Assembly (NCBI GenBank): GCA_000002435.2
Contig: CM018792.1
Reading direction: 5' to 3' (one strand)
Source: Giardia intestinalis
Lineage: Eukaryota
Length of the DNA stretch: 64,000 nt
Position numbers and translations under genes: made by a program. Shown here in pieces: positions 30,273 to 41,171 of this stretch. Position 1 is the first letter of the stretch. Each line of letters starts with the position of its first letter. The notes under the pieces were generated by a model that was not told the origin of the DNA, ran no database searches, and was given only the letters and a program-made list of their open reading frames with translations.

Positions 30273-31168
30273 TCGTTATTGGTTTCATCGTCTTTGTGCT
30301 CATACATTTGTACTGCGTGGACATCCGGCCTGGTGACGACAACGATAGAGAGGAATGCAACGGCTATCAGGACCGCTGTTAGAGTATCAGATAGGAAGTG
30401 GGCTCCTGCTGACATGCGTGCTATGATCATCAGAATAATTCCTGAGATCCCCCACACGGCAACAACCGTCAACAAGAGCCCCATGACTATAGATAAGATG
30501 GTGAGTCCCAGCAGTCTTGGCGCCCAGTATGCTCTTATGAGTTCAAACAGTTGAATAATGTAGGCAACGGAGGGGAGGATGCAATATGCAGCGGCAGCTG
30601 TGTGCCCGGAAGGTGTAGAGCTCAGGGAGTGACTGCACTGGCTCCTTCCCAGATAAGGTGTAAATATAGCTTTGAATTCATACTTGCACGTCTCCAGGAG
30701 GATGCCAAACTCGTGAGTGTTGCGTGGCCGAGGCCTGCGAAGCAGTACTTTTAGGGCTATAACGACGGTTTGAACCGTTATGACATAGAAGCAGAAAGAT
30801 AGAGGAAAGTAGAGGTAGACACTTTTGTCCCGGGACCGCACAATGAAAAAGAGAATCCCGTAACAAAGCAATATGACGCTCAGAGGAAACAAAATGTATA
30901 TTAGAGGATACGTGTTGATGAATGATATTAATCCAACATTGTAAGGATTGGAGACGTAGATGCCTTCACTATTTATTGCTGATGAGAATGCAGATGCCAA
31001 CACCTGGTCCAAATTTGCCACACTCTCTCTAAACACATAAATAAAGATCAGCGTACTGAAGGACGCAACGCTTAAGACTATAGATCCCAGACCCGCGGTA
31101 GGTGAAGTCATACCGATCGGAACGTAATGAAGATACTGAATGCACGCCCTCACTACTAGTCTTTGCAT
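30230..31168 (-). CDS. PAP2-superfamily lipid phosphate phosphatase (multi-pass membrane protein)
   Basis: Three PAP2 motifs are present: KVLLRRPRP (KxxxxxxRP), PSGH, and RMSAGAHFLSD (SRx5Hx3D). About 6 TM segments. The 3' end overlaps the convergent YjeF_N gene by 43 nt. Confidence 0.7.
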   Translation of the reverse strand: MQRLVVRACIQYLHYVPIGMTSPTAGLGSIVLSVASFSTLIFIYVFRESVANLDQVLASAFSSAINSEGIYVSNPYNVGLISFINTYPLIYILFPLSVILLCYGILFFIVRSRDKSVYLYFPLSFCFYVITVQTVVIALKVLLRRPRPRNTHEFGILLETCKYEFKAIFTPYLGRSQCSHSLSSTPSGHTAAAAYCILPSVAYIIQLFELIRAYWAPRLLGLTILSIVMGLLLTVVAVWGISGIILMIIARMSAGAHFLSDTLTAVLIAVAFLSIVVVTRPDVHAVQMYEHKDDETNNDQDRTTKRDDTPLQ

Positions 31169-31215
31169 GTATAGTAGTGTAGGACAAGATTTAAATTTGA
31201 TAACATCACCTAGAG

Positions 31216-31764
31216 ATGCAGGAGATGGAGAAGTGCATATATGTAGCTATCTGGGGGTTTACTGAGGCCAAAGAGAGCTTTATTAGCCATTTTGATAAAA
31301 CCGCAGCACCCCTCATACTAAGGGATGACCTCGACTTTGTCTATCTGCCCCTTGAAAATAAGGACTACTCGATGATGCTCTTCAATCTGCCGATGCGTGC
31401 TACGATCAAGGACACAGCTATTCAATACGTTATACATATCGCCCATGCACACCTGCTCATCGAGCCCAGCCTGGAAATAGCCAAAGTTATACAAGCCTGC
31501 ATGCCCCACTGCGACGGTTCTGGGCTTATTTACACATGGCATCGGCTGGACGCCGAGGCCTTGGGGCTTGAGCTGGTTACGGAGCCCAAGACGACCGAGG
31601 AGGCCGTCCAGCTCATGCACCTGATAGCCTCTAGAACCATAGAAAAGAATTTATTGCTTCCTCCAATCATAGAAGCGAAGCTTCCGGAGCCAATCAACAG
31701 AGACGTAGTCCCCGTGGATGAAATTCTAAAGGATAAAGACACGAAGCAACAGTGCAAGAAATGA
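31216..31764 (+). CDS. Hypothetical protein
   Basis: 182 aa with a true ATG. No confident domain. Confidence 0.4.
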   Translation: MQEMEKCIYVAIWGFTEAKESFISHFDKTAAPLILRDDLDFVYLPLENKDYSMMLFNLPMRATIKDTAIQYVIHIAHAHLLIEPSLEIAKVIQACMPHCDGSGLIYTWHRLDAEALGLELVTEPKTTEEAVQLMHLIASRTIEKNLLLPPIIEAKLPEPINRDVVPVDEILKDKDTKQQCKK

Positions 31765-31820
31765 CCAACACTCGGCTCTGTAGGCACATCTGATATTACG
31801 TAGTACAGTAAATATGTCTG

Positions 31821-32825
31821 TTACTTCTTCGGATCCTTCTTGCCAGAGGGGGTTGTAGTGGTGGTGGTAAGCTCTGCGATCATCCGAGCCCTGGCCTTCT
31901 CAAGCTGAGTATTTGTAGCTGTCTCAATGACTCTAGCCAGGCGTTCTACGTCTACTTCTTCTTTCTGCGTTTCGCTCTCATCGTCATTAGCGCCGTCTTT
32001 CTCATCTGTATATGCCTCCTGTATTTGGTGGCGAATCTCTTCTGCTACTACTTCATCCTCGGTCTTTGGCGGAGGTGGTTGATAGAGTGTTGCCTCAGTG
32101 AGGCTCAGAGGAATGCTGTTGAATGGTAAAAGAATACGCTTAGGAAGTACCGGTTCAGGAACTGCTTCAACAACCAGCTGGCCTTTCTTGCCAGTGGCTC
32201 CCCCCTGCCGGTCTCCCCCAGCGGATGAGCGCGGCTTTGCAGTACTAGAAAGTGCCTTGGAGTCTGCTGCGTGTGAAGTCTCCGTTGTCGTTTCTGCGAC
32301 AGCACCATCTGCTTCGTTCTCCGAATAGCCCAACTGGAGCAGCGACTGGATCTCTATCAAGTCCAGTGTTTTCTTGGTCTTTATTTCGAGCACAGGAACT
32401 GGGCAGAATAGATAGCGCCACAGCTTATAGTTATTTGTATATGAGAAATCGATGAACTCGGCCGTCGCCTTGATGACATCCATCTCAAAAAATGCTGTGT
32501 AGAATGGGGGGCACTCTAGTGAATACCCGACCAATCTTTTCTTCGCAAACTCTCGCAAATCCTCGTAGGATATAAAGGTTTTTGATATATTGAGCTCATG
32601 GAGGTCAACAAGAAGCGTTACCAGCGCGCAGGCGGCATCAGAGCTAGCCAGGTGAGTGCGGGAAAAGTCAAATGTGTTTAGAAGTAGCTCTTTTACAGCT
32701 GCATACTGCGTATCACCAGGTGCCGTGCGGAAGAAGTCGTAAATAAAGAGTTCTAGCTTCTCTTCATCTCCAGCGATTTCCTGGTATTCATGGGTTGTTA
32801 TGTGCAGTGGGGACCGATTGGACAT
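31821..32825 (-). CDS. Hypothetical acidic protein
   Basis: Position 32837 is GTG; the first ATG is at 32825. The C-terminus is rich in Glu/Asp/Thr. Confidence 0.4.
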   Translation of the reverse strand: MSNRSPLHITTHEYQEIAGDEEKLELFIYDFFRTAPGDTQYAAVKELLLNTFDFSRTHLASSDAACALVTLLVDLHELNISKTFISYEDLREFAKKRLVGYSLECPPFYTAFFEMDVIKATAEFIDFSYTNNYKLWRYLFCPVPVLEIKTKKTLDLIEIQSLLQLGYSENEADGAVAETTTETSHAADSKALSSTAKPRSSAGGDRQGGATGKKGQLVVEAVPEPVLPKRILLPFNSIPLSLTEATLYQPPPPKTEDEVVAEEIRHQIQEAYTDEKDGANDDESETQKEEVDVERLARVIETATNTQLEKARARMIAELTTTTTTPSGKKDPKK

Positions 32826-32943
32826 GCGCACGATCACCTGGTCTTGAAATTTTATTTGTTGGGCTCTCTTGTCGCCTGTCTAACTCACTCGACCCGCTCA
32901 CAATGCTGTCCCGTCACATGACCTTAATGGGAAGTATGGTAAT

Positions 32944-35900
32944 TTACATTCTTTTACTTGTGATCAGCAAGTTTTCAAGCAGAGACTTGAGGGCATGATC
33001 ATCACAATCGCGGTCTATCATCCGCAATAGTGACGCCTGAGATTTGAGGGCTGTGGTTACCGGGTCAAACTTCGCCAGTTCCAGAAGGACTTTAGCGTAT
33101 ATCATCTTGTCCGAGAGCTGGTCGCAACTAGACATGCAGTCAACAAGGCTAATGACGCCTTCTCCTGAAACAAACTCCGTAGCTAACTCTTCATGGGCTA
33201 GAATAATCTTGGCAGACGCTACGGCCGCGCAGGTCTTGATGTCGTCTAGAACGCGAGCGTTCATAAGAGTCTTGCAGATGCAGCCAATGCACTTACTGAG
33301 GCTAAATGCATCATCAACTGTCTTGGCAATATGCATCATTGCAAAGAGAGACTTAGTAACTATAGCTGTCCTCCGCGTCTTAATAAGCTCTATTAGGCTG
33401 TCTAAGCATGTTTTGTATTGTTCAGAAGCCGTGGGTCGCGCCTTTATTAAATAACCAACAAATTCGCAGGACTTCACAATAAGCTCTTCTGATGACTCAA
33501 AGGAAAGAAACTGAATGATGGTGCTGGCAGAAATAGTGTTGCTTACTAGCTCGGCGTACTCTTGTGAGACTTGCACAGCTCTAAGAAGTAGAATTAGAAT
33601 TTCAAGGATACACGAGTGAGGATTGTTCCGCTGACTTATGTTCTTCTGAGAAAATATTGCAGACAAAAGGTTCATTGAAACGCCTCCACTGAAGATAAAT
33701 TGGTTAATCCACGGTATCACTATCGAGTCTTGGGGGTGCATTGCGAAGAAGACCATCGTCACAAGCGCATAATACAGTGTGTGGAAGCTCCTAAGGTAAT
33801 ACAATGAGTCTATAACGTGCTTGATGAAGTTGAACTCCAGCAACACAGATGAGACGTACTCTGTCATGTAATAGCGATCTGGATCATAGACAAGACGGGC
33901 CGTGTCTGTGTGCTTGTCCTTTTTAGTTGTGTTAGTAGTCCTTTTGAGTTCCTCCATCCTGTCTCCAATCTTCTCTGTACTGGGACGGCATGACAAATAG
34001 ACGATTTGGTATATGGCTAACAATGCGTATCGCATCAGAGTCTCTGCAGCTCTTTGCCCTCCTCCAAACTGATACGGACAGAGTATGATGTTGTCGAGTG
34101 ATTGTGGAGAGATCGCTGCACACAAGGTCCTCACAACTTCTGGCAAGGGGTAGGACATGTACTGATTGAACTCATCGATGGAGCTTATAGCCGTCCACCC
34201 AGCCGAGTTATAGTTGACGTCGCCTGGAGGGTCAGTAAGACCAGATACGCGTTTGTTGGCCAATAAAGAAAGCGTGTTCCGTACTGAGATAATGTACTTG
34301 ATGAGGCCCTGTGGGGATGCAAGAAACCGCCAGTGCCAATTAGCGTTGGATATTTCCTGATTTCGGCCCTCAAGCCCTCCTAAGTCATACCTCCGGGTAT
34401 CTAACCCAAGGCAATCCGCCATGCAATCGCTGCAGTTGTTGATTAAACTGCACATAAGAATCCCATTGTAATGCGTCGATCCAGGCCCTAAGTAAGTAGA
34501 TATGATTGGGTATCCTGTCTCAGACTTCTGTTCATATAGAACTGCTGGTTTTGTTGAGTAGCTTCCTAACTTGAGCGGTGTCTTACCGCGTGCGGTACTA
34601 CGACTAGTAGTAACCTCCGGAAGATCATGTTCATTAGCATTGGGTGTATGGGCTCCATAGCTCGGCGGACGACTTGTCAGCTTCAATGATTGACTAGGAG
34701 TCAAGATGGGAGTCTTCATTTCTGCTGGTCGTGCAGATAACAACGGTGTTCCCAAAGAGACGGTAGAGGAGACGCTGGTGGCAGTCGATTCTTCCTCGCC
34801 CAAAATTGCACCGTGGTGGGGCGCAGCATATGCGGCACAAAAGGCAGCTTCTATAGAGTTGTATAGAGAGAGGTTCAAATAAACTGATAGCTTCACAAAG
34901 AGAGGCAAGACGTCGATGTGTTCCTGCGCTAATATATTAATGTAGTTAAGTGCGCTGTCCAAGAACCCCACGTAGTTATGACATGGCATTAGAAACGCCC
35001 GAAAGCTCGGCTCCACAAGCACATAATCCAGGCTAGCAAATATGGCACGCGAGATACCAATGCAATCTGCTATTACTCCTTCCCTAGATTCCGAGGCAAG
35101 AACGGAATAAACTGTTGAATTGTGCGGCTGTTTTATTGAGATGTCCTTGCAATGCTTGAGGATTGGGGTAATAGCATCAATGCACGCATAGAATACTGGA
35201 ACGGGGACTTCCAACTCTAAATAGTTATTAATAGAAGGAACTTCTATTGCTGTTCCAGTGGATAAATAATAGTACGAGCGGCGTAATTGCCTGACGTTAA
35301 AGTCTATGTGAACATCGGTTAGTTTGGGGTAGTTGTATCTATCGAATCCTCCATCAAAGTCCGAGTGTCCATAGTCGATGATTCCGCCTGCCTTAATTAA
35401 CTCCCTCATGATGCGCTCAACGCGGAGAGCGCCATGAGACAAGATATTAAAGTCTTGAGGATTGGAGCTAATAACGGCGTCGTCTTGAGCTTTTGTGTAT
35501 ACATCATCAACACGGCTGTAACTACTTCCGTTCATAATCAGTCGCGCTTCTGCCAGCGATTCCTCAACGCTACCTGCGAAGACACTCACGCGTCTTACTA
35601 GCGACAACAGAACCAAGTCTTTAATGGTGGACATGCTATCTGGCTTATAGAGCTTGACGAGGTATTCACTGTCCCTCTGCAAACAGTTCATGTTATACTC
35701 AAAATTGGAAGTTAGAAGCAAGCCAAATAGGCTCAAGCGAAGATCGTCCTCCTCACCGTGGGCTTGGAGCCAAAGACACGATATTGCCAACATCGTAATA
35801 ACGCTAAGCTTTGTTTCGTCTTTATTCTCCGTGATAACGTCCGAGATCGGAAACGTTATCTGACTGAGGTTCCGAGCGTAATCTTCACTGCAAAACGCAC

Positions 35901-38900
35901 AGTTATAGAGGGTCAAAAGGGCATTGACCCGCACATCTTCTTTATCTAAATAGTCCAGTTGCGCATTTTTATCAATAAGGATTTTATCTGTTCCACCTTC
36001 ACCCTGCTTCACATTCACATAGGCGCAAACCGGAAGGCCCTGATATAAATAGTCCGATGGGGGTATGGTGCCATCCGTTGATGTAGCAAAGATAACGTGG
36101 ATGTCGATATATTTCTGGACAACTACGTTTGAAATCTGGTACATCTGCACATCATTCTCTGTGGTCAGTACCAGAAGACCGTTCAAGAAGGCCTCCTCCA
36201 CGACCATTCGGATGCACTCAGAAAGGATCATATAGGTTGAAACGAGATTGGCATTGGTCTGGTAGAGAGAAAACGTAGAAAAGGGATCGCTAGAGATCTG
36301 GATGGAGAATGGGTTTCCTGGAAGGCTCATACCATCAAAGATATAGCACACCTGAGGAATTGTGATGATAAAATGACCCCTTCTAGGAAGGTCTGCCTGG
36401 ATGAGGAGCTTCACTAAAGTCTTAATATCGTTATCCCTTATGTCGTTCAGGTTGATATCATCTCCGTTAGGTATACCGGACTGCTGGAACCGTCGCTTTA
36501 AGTATAGAGCATGGTGGGCCAGGGGAGACGGGTCCTTGCGGGAATATGTGTACAGCGGGAACAAGTATTGAAAGGACGGCGCAAAGATATGCTTTAAGAA
36601 CCGGAAGGAGTTCAGTTTGAGAGACTGTATTTCCGCCAAGACAGTCCTTACAAAGCTAGTAAAAATAGAGTCCACCGTCTCTGCATCGGTCTGTAGCTTG
36701 TTTTGCATTTCAATCACGGAACCGCGATGAAATTTCTTGGATAGCTGCGTTTCTACAAACTCTTTTTCTGCTACAATCCGGCGGAACTCTTCCCGAGACG
36801 AATTCAGTTGCCTAAACACTTCTTTCTCATCACTCTGTATGTACGCAAAGGGAAGGAAGCAGTAGCACATAGCTAGTTGCTTCTTAAAGGTGTTAAGGTA
36901 CTCTATCAAAAAAGTGTTCTCAGAGTTCAGCAAGATAGACATCTCGGTCTTGCTCCGCCCACTCACCATGTTATTAAGCTCCACAGCTGTCGAGCCGTGG
37001 TATGTCTCCACAGTGATTCCGGCCATGTTCGACCCTTTCGAGACCTCCAGATTAAAACAGTACGGCTCTCTGTAATAGGCATACAGAGCAGATAGTTTTC
37101 CTGTAGAAAGCATTTTTGCAGGCATCCTGACTGTAAACATGTTAATAATAGCCTGATGGTTCTGCAAAAGTGTTTGGCGCAAATGAAGAAGAATGAGCGC
37201 GAATTCTACGGTTGGGTAAATAGCAGAGACGGGCGTCAATGTATGTGGATTTATAGACTGATTCATTCCAGCCATGCTGGTCGCTGCTAGACTCACTGTC
37301 ATACTTCCGGCACGGAGCATATCAAAATTGGATCTGAGACCATGCGCATAACCGTCACCACTGGCTCCCTTGCCTTCGCGCGGGGTGGAGGGGTTGATCT
37401 TGGTTTGGCCAGACAGCACATCTCCTACGGCTGTTTTCCCAATTGTCTGACCGAGAGAGGGCATGGTATACTTGAGGACGCCTGACGATGACGAATCTGC
37501 CGAAAGAATAGGGAGGTTGAGGTTTTTTATTATTGTCGCTATAGCTGCTTGCATAGCGTTGTTGGGGTCTGTTTGAGAAACCGCATCTGCTGCTTGAAAG
37601 AGAGTTTGTAAACAGGTGGTTGTGTAATTGTTATATATTGTGATGTAGCCTTCATCCAGCTTGATGCCATTTTTGAAATTGATGAGCCGCTTGAAGATAA
37701 CGTAGAGACGAGTGAGCAATATGGGATAGTCACGGGAGCAGCGTCCGGAAATAAGATCAACGAATCGATTAATATACGCCTTAAAGTTTTCGCTGAGAAA
37801 AATCCCAACATAGCTATACTCATCTTCCCCAAATAAATCTGTGCTAATCACTGTGGCCTTCTCAGAACTAGTAAACTTTTTAAAATACTCCGGCAAAAAC
37901 CTGAATTTGTTGTAGTCACGTGTATCTATCTGACCGAAGAGGCTGTTTCTAATATTAACATCGTAGCGCACATCTATTGTCCTGAGCTTGAACCCGTCGT
38001 TCCCAGACCCCTTCTTCACTTCGTCGCCACCCGAGCCCATATCAGCATCGGCATAGTCATCTGTGAGTAGGTGTTCTAAACCTATCATGCGATTTCCCGA
38101 AGGGAGATAGAGAACATACTCCTGCATTAAGAACTGAACACTTGATTGAGCAGTGGTCCCCATGCAAAAAGAGACATTGATACAGTAAAGAAGGCACTTG
38201 ATTATAAACGACTCAGTTGACGTCTCAATAACACCAATGCTTTTGGAGATGATTGTGTTGAAGGACTCAAATAGCTTTTCAATCGTGCTTGTGGCAGATA
38301 AAGTGTTGATGGCTGCAGCCACTATGTGTGCCCTCCTGGTAAGCACAGGCTTGTCCTCCGCCTTAGAGGGGAAGACAACATCCTCTGCCTTAATGTACAT
38401 GTCGTAAGGGAAGGACACTATTTGACCAAAGCTTATCGGAACATTCCACGTGAACATACAGCCGAAGCATACAGCAGAAACCCGCAAAAGAAGAACGATT
38501 GAAATGACATCTGTTTGTGCAAGATTTGTCTTGGAGATACAGCGCAGAGCTGACTGTATCAGTTGGAGGAAAGTGCTGGAGGATCTTACAATAAGGAATG
38601 CCATGAAATCTGCCACACGGTAGAATGCCTCTTCCTTATCTCCGGGGTGCGAATGAATGTAGGCCAGTATGCGGTAATAGTCTTTTTCAAGATTCCGTGA
38701 GTCGGCGTTGTGAATGTGCGAGGAAACAACCTCTGACGTGAAGATGGCCTCTGCCTGATTAGAATTGATGGATAAAAGGGCCATTAAGGCTATCACAATG
38801 GGTGGAAGGTCATGAGCAGAATTAATCGCCTCGTTGATCGCATCGATGAGCCTATTGTCATAGAAATTATCCGCATACTCTTCTGTGAGGGCACCCTGTT

Positions 38901-39828
38901 CGACAACCTCAACCACAGCCTCTGTGTTAACCGTAAGAAGGATGGATTGAAGAGCACTTTGCTGTTTCATTGTCCGGAGCAAAGCGAGCCAATCTTTAAA
39001 CTTGTAAGCGTCATTAACATGCTTAGCCAATCGTATAGCAGAGCCCTCGTTGAGAAACGGATGATCTAGCATCTGCTTGGAGGCCCAGCGCTTATCGGGG
39101 TTACGCTGGAGCATGCACTCGCAAAAGCTCTTGAAAAGAGGCTCTCGCGCAAAGATAGGATACTTGTCATACGGCACCTTGTTGGAGTCGTCCTGGAGGA
39201 TGCTCATGAGAGTAAGAAAGTCAGTAGCAGTGAACGGGGTCCTGCCCGTGGCCAACTCAAAAATCATCACGCCAAATGCCCACATATCAGAGATTGTATT
39301 ATACTTCTTTCCTTTGGCAATTTCGGGGGCTAAGTAGAGAGGAGTCCCCTTGATAGACTGGAGAGCAAGGGTCTGCTGTGACATCTGGCGCGCAAATCCG
39401 AAGTCACAAAGCTTACAGACACCCTGAGATATCAAAACGTTCTGTGACTTGATGTCTCTGTGTGCAATCCGGCGGGAATGGAGGTATGTTAAAACATTAA
39501 GCAGCTGAAAGCACACCTTTTGAATAGTCTCAATATTAAGCGGCCCGTCGCTGGCAAAGATACTGTGAAGGTCGGACTGAGCCAACTCGGTGACGATGAC
39601 AACGCTGCCATCCTCTTCAAAGGATTCAAAAAACCGAATTGTATTGGGGTGATTGATTTCCTTCAGTAAGGATATCTCTGAGTTGAGCGCTGCAAGTTCG
39701 GAGGATGACTTGCCATAGGTTGATATCTGCTTAACGGCTACAAACTGCCCTGTCTGCTTGAGGCGACACTTGTATACAACGCCAAATGAGCCCTTCCCTA
39801 TCTGGGCAATCTGTTCGTAGCGATGCAT
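32944..39828 (-). CDS. Giant Ser/Thr protein kinase (Fused/ULK-like catalytic domain) with a roughly 2000-aa helical-repeat C-terminal region
   Basis: Kinase motifs are all present: GKGSFGVVYKC, VAVKQI, HRDIKSQNVLISQGVCKLCDFGFARQMS (the LCDFGFAR motif is Fused/STK36-like), and GTPLYLAPEI. Position 39963 is GTG; the first ATG is at 39828 (MHRYEQIAQIGKGSFG). Confidence 0.75.
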   Translation of the reverse strand: MHRYEQIAQIGKGSFGVVYKCRLKQTGQFVAVKQISTYGKSSSELAALNSEISLLKEINHPNTIRFFESFEEDGSVVIVTELAQSDLHSIFASDGPLNIETIQKVCFQLLNVLTYLHSRRIAHRDIKSQNVLISQGVCKLCDFGFARQMSQQTLALQSIKGTPLYLAPEIAKGKKYNTISDMWAFGVMIFELATGRTPFTATDFLTLMSILQDDSNKVPYDKYPIFAREPLFKSFCECMLQRNPDKRWASKQMLDHPFLNEGSAIRLAKHVNDAYKFKDWLALLRTMKQQSALQSILLTVNTEAVVEVVEQGALTEEYADNFYDNRLIDAINEAINSAHDLPPIVIALMALLSINSNQAEAIFTSEVVSSHIHNADSRNLEKDYYRILAYIHSHPGDKEEAFYRVADFMAFLIVRSSSTFLQLIQSALRCISKTNLAQTDVISIVLLLRVSAVCFGCMFTWNVPISFGQIVSFPYDMYIKAEDVVFPSKAEDKPVLTRRAHIVAAAINTLSATSTIEKLFESFNTIISKSIGVIETSTESFIIKCLLYCINVSFCMGTTAQSSVQFLMQEYVLYLPSGNRMIGLEHLLTDDYADADMGSGGDEVKKGSGNDGFKLRTIDVRYDVNIRNSLFGQIDTRDYNKFRFLPEYFKKFTSSEKATVISTDLFGEDEYSYVGIFLSENFKAYINRFVDLISGRCSRDYPILLTRLYVIFKRLINFKNGIKLDEGYITIYNNYTTTCLQTLFQAADAVSQTDPNNAMQAAIATIIKNLNLPILSADSSSSGVLKYTMPSLGQTIGKTAVGDVLSGQTKINPSTPREGKGASGDGYAHGLRSNFDMLRAGSMTVSLAATSMAGMNQSINPHTLTPVSAIYPTVEFALILLHLRQTLLQNHQAIINMFTVRMPAKMLSTGKLSALYAYYREPYCFNLEVSKGSNMAGITVETYHGSTAVELNNMVSGRSKTEMSILLNSENTFLIEYLNTFKKQLAMCYCFLPFAYIQSDEKEVFRQLNSSREEFRRIVAEKEFVETQLSKKFHRGSVIEMQNKLQTDAETVDSIFTSFVRTVLAEIQSLKLNSFRFLKHIFAPSFQYLFPLYTYSRKDPSPLAHHALYLKRRFQQSGIPNGDDINLNDIRDNDIKTLVKLLIQADLPRRGHFIITIPQVCYIFDGMSLPGNPFSIQISSDPFSTFSLYQTNANLVSTYMILSECIRMVVEEAFLNGLLVLTTENDVQMYQISNVVVQKYIDIHVIFATSTDGTIPPSDYLYQGLPVCAYVNVKQGEGGTDKILIDKNAQLDYLDKEDVRVNALLTLYNCAFCSEDYARNLSQITFPISDVITENKDETKLSVITMLAISCLWLQAHGEEDDLRLSLFGLLLTSNFEYNMNCLQRDSEYLVKLYKPDSMSTIKDLVLLSLVRRVSVFAGSVEESLAEARLIMNGSSYSRVDDVYTKAQDDAVISSNPQDFNILSHGALRVERIMRELIKAGGIIDYGHSDFDGGFDRYNYPKLTDVHIDFNVRQLRRSYYYLSTGTAIEVPSINNYLELEVPVPVFYACIDAITPILKHCKDISIKQPHNSTVYSVLASESREGVIADCIGISRAIFASLDYVLVEPSFRAFLMPCHNYVGFLDSALNYINILAQEHIDVLPLFVKLSVYLNLSLYNSIEAAFCAAYAAPHHGAILGEEESTATSVSSTVSLGTPLLSARPAEMKTPILTPSQSLKLTSRPPSYGAHTPNANEHDLPEVTTSRSTARGKTPLKLGSYSTKPAVLYEQKSETGYPIISTYLGPGSTHYNGILMCSLINNCSDCMADCLGLDTRRYDLGGLEGRNQEISNANWHWRFLASPQGLIKYIISVRNTLSLLANKRVSGLTDPPGDVNYNSAGWTAISSIDEFNQYMSYPLPEVVRTLCAAISPQSLDNIILCPYQFGGGQRAAETLMRYALLAIYQIVYLSCRPSTEKIGDRMEELKRTTNTTKKDKHTDTARLVYDPDRYYMTEYVSSVLLEFNFIKHVIDSLYYLRSFHTLYYALVTMVFFAMHPQDSIVIPWINQFIFSGGVSMNLLSAIFSQKNISQRNNPHSCILEILILLLRAVQVSQEYAELVSNTISASTIIQFLSFESSEELIVKSCEFVGYLIKARPTASEQYKTCLDSLIELIKTRRTAIVTKSLFAMMHIAKTVDDAFSLSKCIGCICKTLMNARVLDDIKTCAAVASAKIILAHEELATEFVSGEGVISLVDCMSSCDQLSDKMIYAKVLLELAKFDPVTTALKSQASLLRMIDRDCDDHALKSLLENLLITSKRM

Positions 39829-39895
39829 AGAGGTGAAGGAGGCTGGCCTGCCCCGTCTTTGCCCAATTAATTTCCATTTATTTTTCCTGCCCTCT
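39829..39895. promoter_or_regulatory. AT-rich 67-bp divergent intergenic region (putative bidirectional promoter)
   Basis: It lies between the ATG of the minus-strand kinase (39828) and the ATG of the plus-strand gene (39896). The sequence caattaatttccatttatttttcctg is AT-rich. Confidence 0.4.
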
Positions 39896-40588
39896 ATGAA
39901 TTTGAAGTACTTTATCCTGCCGGAAACGACGACAGTGGCTATGCACACATCTACTTTTGTCACACTCCATGGAGTGCATCACTGGACAGTAGCTTGCGAG
40001 GACTCCAGAGATATTCTTCCCCTAGCATTTAATTTTATCACCAGCTGGTTGCGAACTAACCCCCAAGATACGCTCATTTTAGCTAGTAGCATGCCGGTGG
40101 AATACATATGCAGGACGCCGTCTTTTCTTTTTTTCCAAGACAGCGATATATTTGCAGAGCTACGTACCCGGTTCTCCATCTTCTACCTGGACAGCTACGA
40201 GTCATTTGTCTCCAAATTCTCTAAACAGTGGAAGCGCCCCATCCAGTGTCTTGTTCTATACGATCCTGTCCGTTTGACTCATGAGTATCTTGCCTCCCAC
40301 CAAAAAATACTCCTGGGGACCATTCTTGCTGTGTCTGCAAGCAAAGTTCTTTTTTCCACAGCATTTGGCGGGCCAGAACTTCTCTATATGCGCCCCAATG
40401 CGGTGTTGCTCAGGCGAAGGCTCAAGCCACACGGAGTCAGCATTCTACAGATACATCACACAACAGAAACGGATTTATATGACAATAAGGGTGCACTACT
40501 AGTGATGTCTCCGCGCGGACTACTTACGTGTCACGCTATTGTATTGCAACTGGACCAATATTTGGCAATTTTGAAGTTCAAGCGATAG
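39896..40588 (+). CDS. Hypothetical protein
   Basis: Position 39833 is GTG; the first ATG is at 39896. 230 aa, no recognisable domain. Confidence 0.4.
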   Translation: MNLKYFILPETTTVAMHTSTFVTLHGVHHWTVACEDSRDILPLAFNFITSWLRTNPQDTLILASSMPVEYICRTPSFLFFQDSDIFAELRTRFSIFYLDSYESFVSKFSKQWKRPIQCLVLYDPVRLTHEYLASHQKILLGTILAVSASKVLFSTAFGGPELLYMRPNAVLLRRRLKPHGVSILQIHHTTETDLYDNKGALLVMSPRGLLTCHAIVLQLDQYLAILKFKR

Positions 40589-40601
40589 ATTTAGTCCATT
40601 C

Positions 40602-41171
40602 TCAATAGAAAGATTCTTTTAGACAGTCTTGATAATCAGGTTTATTCTTCCATAGCTTAGTCTTGGTGTGAGATATTATCTGTATATCCACTATGACCCG
40701 TCTGTTGTTAGCTCTCACGATTATCCGAACCTCCTCAGGTGTTAGAGTCCCGACCTCGTTCTTCTGAATGGCCTTGCATATATCATCAAAGACGACAGGC
40801 GCGCGTCCCACCGCCTTGTACACAAGGGCAGACAGCTTGGAGAGTTCGTCATCGCTGAACCGGCCGGCCAAGGACGAGGAGACGGCGTCGCTGGCCCGGG
40901 AAAGCTCCTTTGGGAAATAGTATCGCGCCTGCTTTTCCTGTACCGAGACTATCAGCTGCCGTGTTTCGAGCTTCTTCAGTGAGTCGGCGACGTTTCCTGC
41001 GGTGTAGCCCCGCCTCTGCAGGACGTCCTTCACCTCAGAGGCCGTGATTCCACGTGTCCGGGCCTTCAGCGAATGCATGCATACGACGACGTAGACATTC
41101 CGGAGATCCGTTTCCTGTAGTCCTGCATAGTTCTTCTTCATGGTTTCTGAAAGCTTCACGTCGGGGGGCAT
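40602..41171 (-). CDS. Tandem winged-helix-like protein (possibly ESCRT-II VPS22-like or RNA polymerase III C34-like). Family not resolved.
   Basis: Position 41342 is TTG; the first ATG is at 41171 in the context ctaaaaaaccaATG. Two WH-like units are visible: GITASEVKDVLQRRGYTAGNVADSLKKLETRQLIV and TLTPEEVRIIVRANNRRVIVDIQII. Confidence 0.3.
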   Translation of the reverse strand: MPPDVKLSETMKKNYAGLQETDLRNVYVVVCMHSLKARTRGITASEVKDVLQRRGYTAGNVADSLKKLETRQLIVSVQEKQARYYFPKELSRASDAVSSSLAGRFSDDELSKLSALVYKAVGRAPVVFDDICKAIQKNEVGTLTPEEVRIIVRANNRRVIVDIQIISHTKTKLWKNKPDYQDCLKESFY

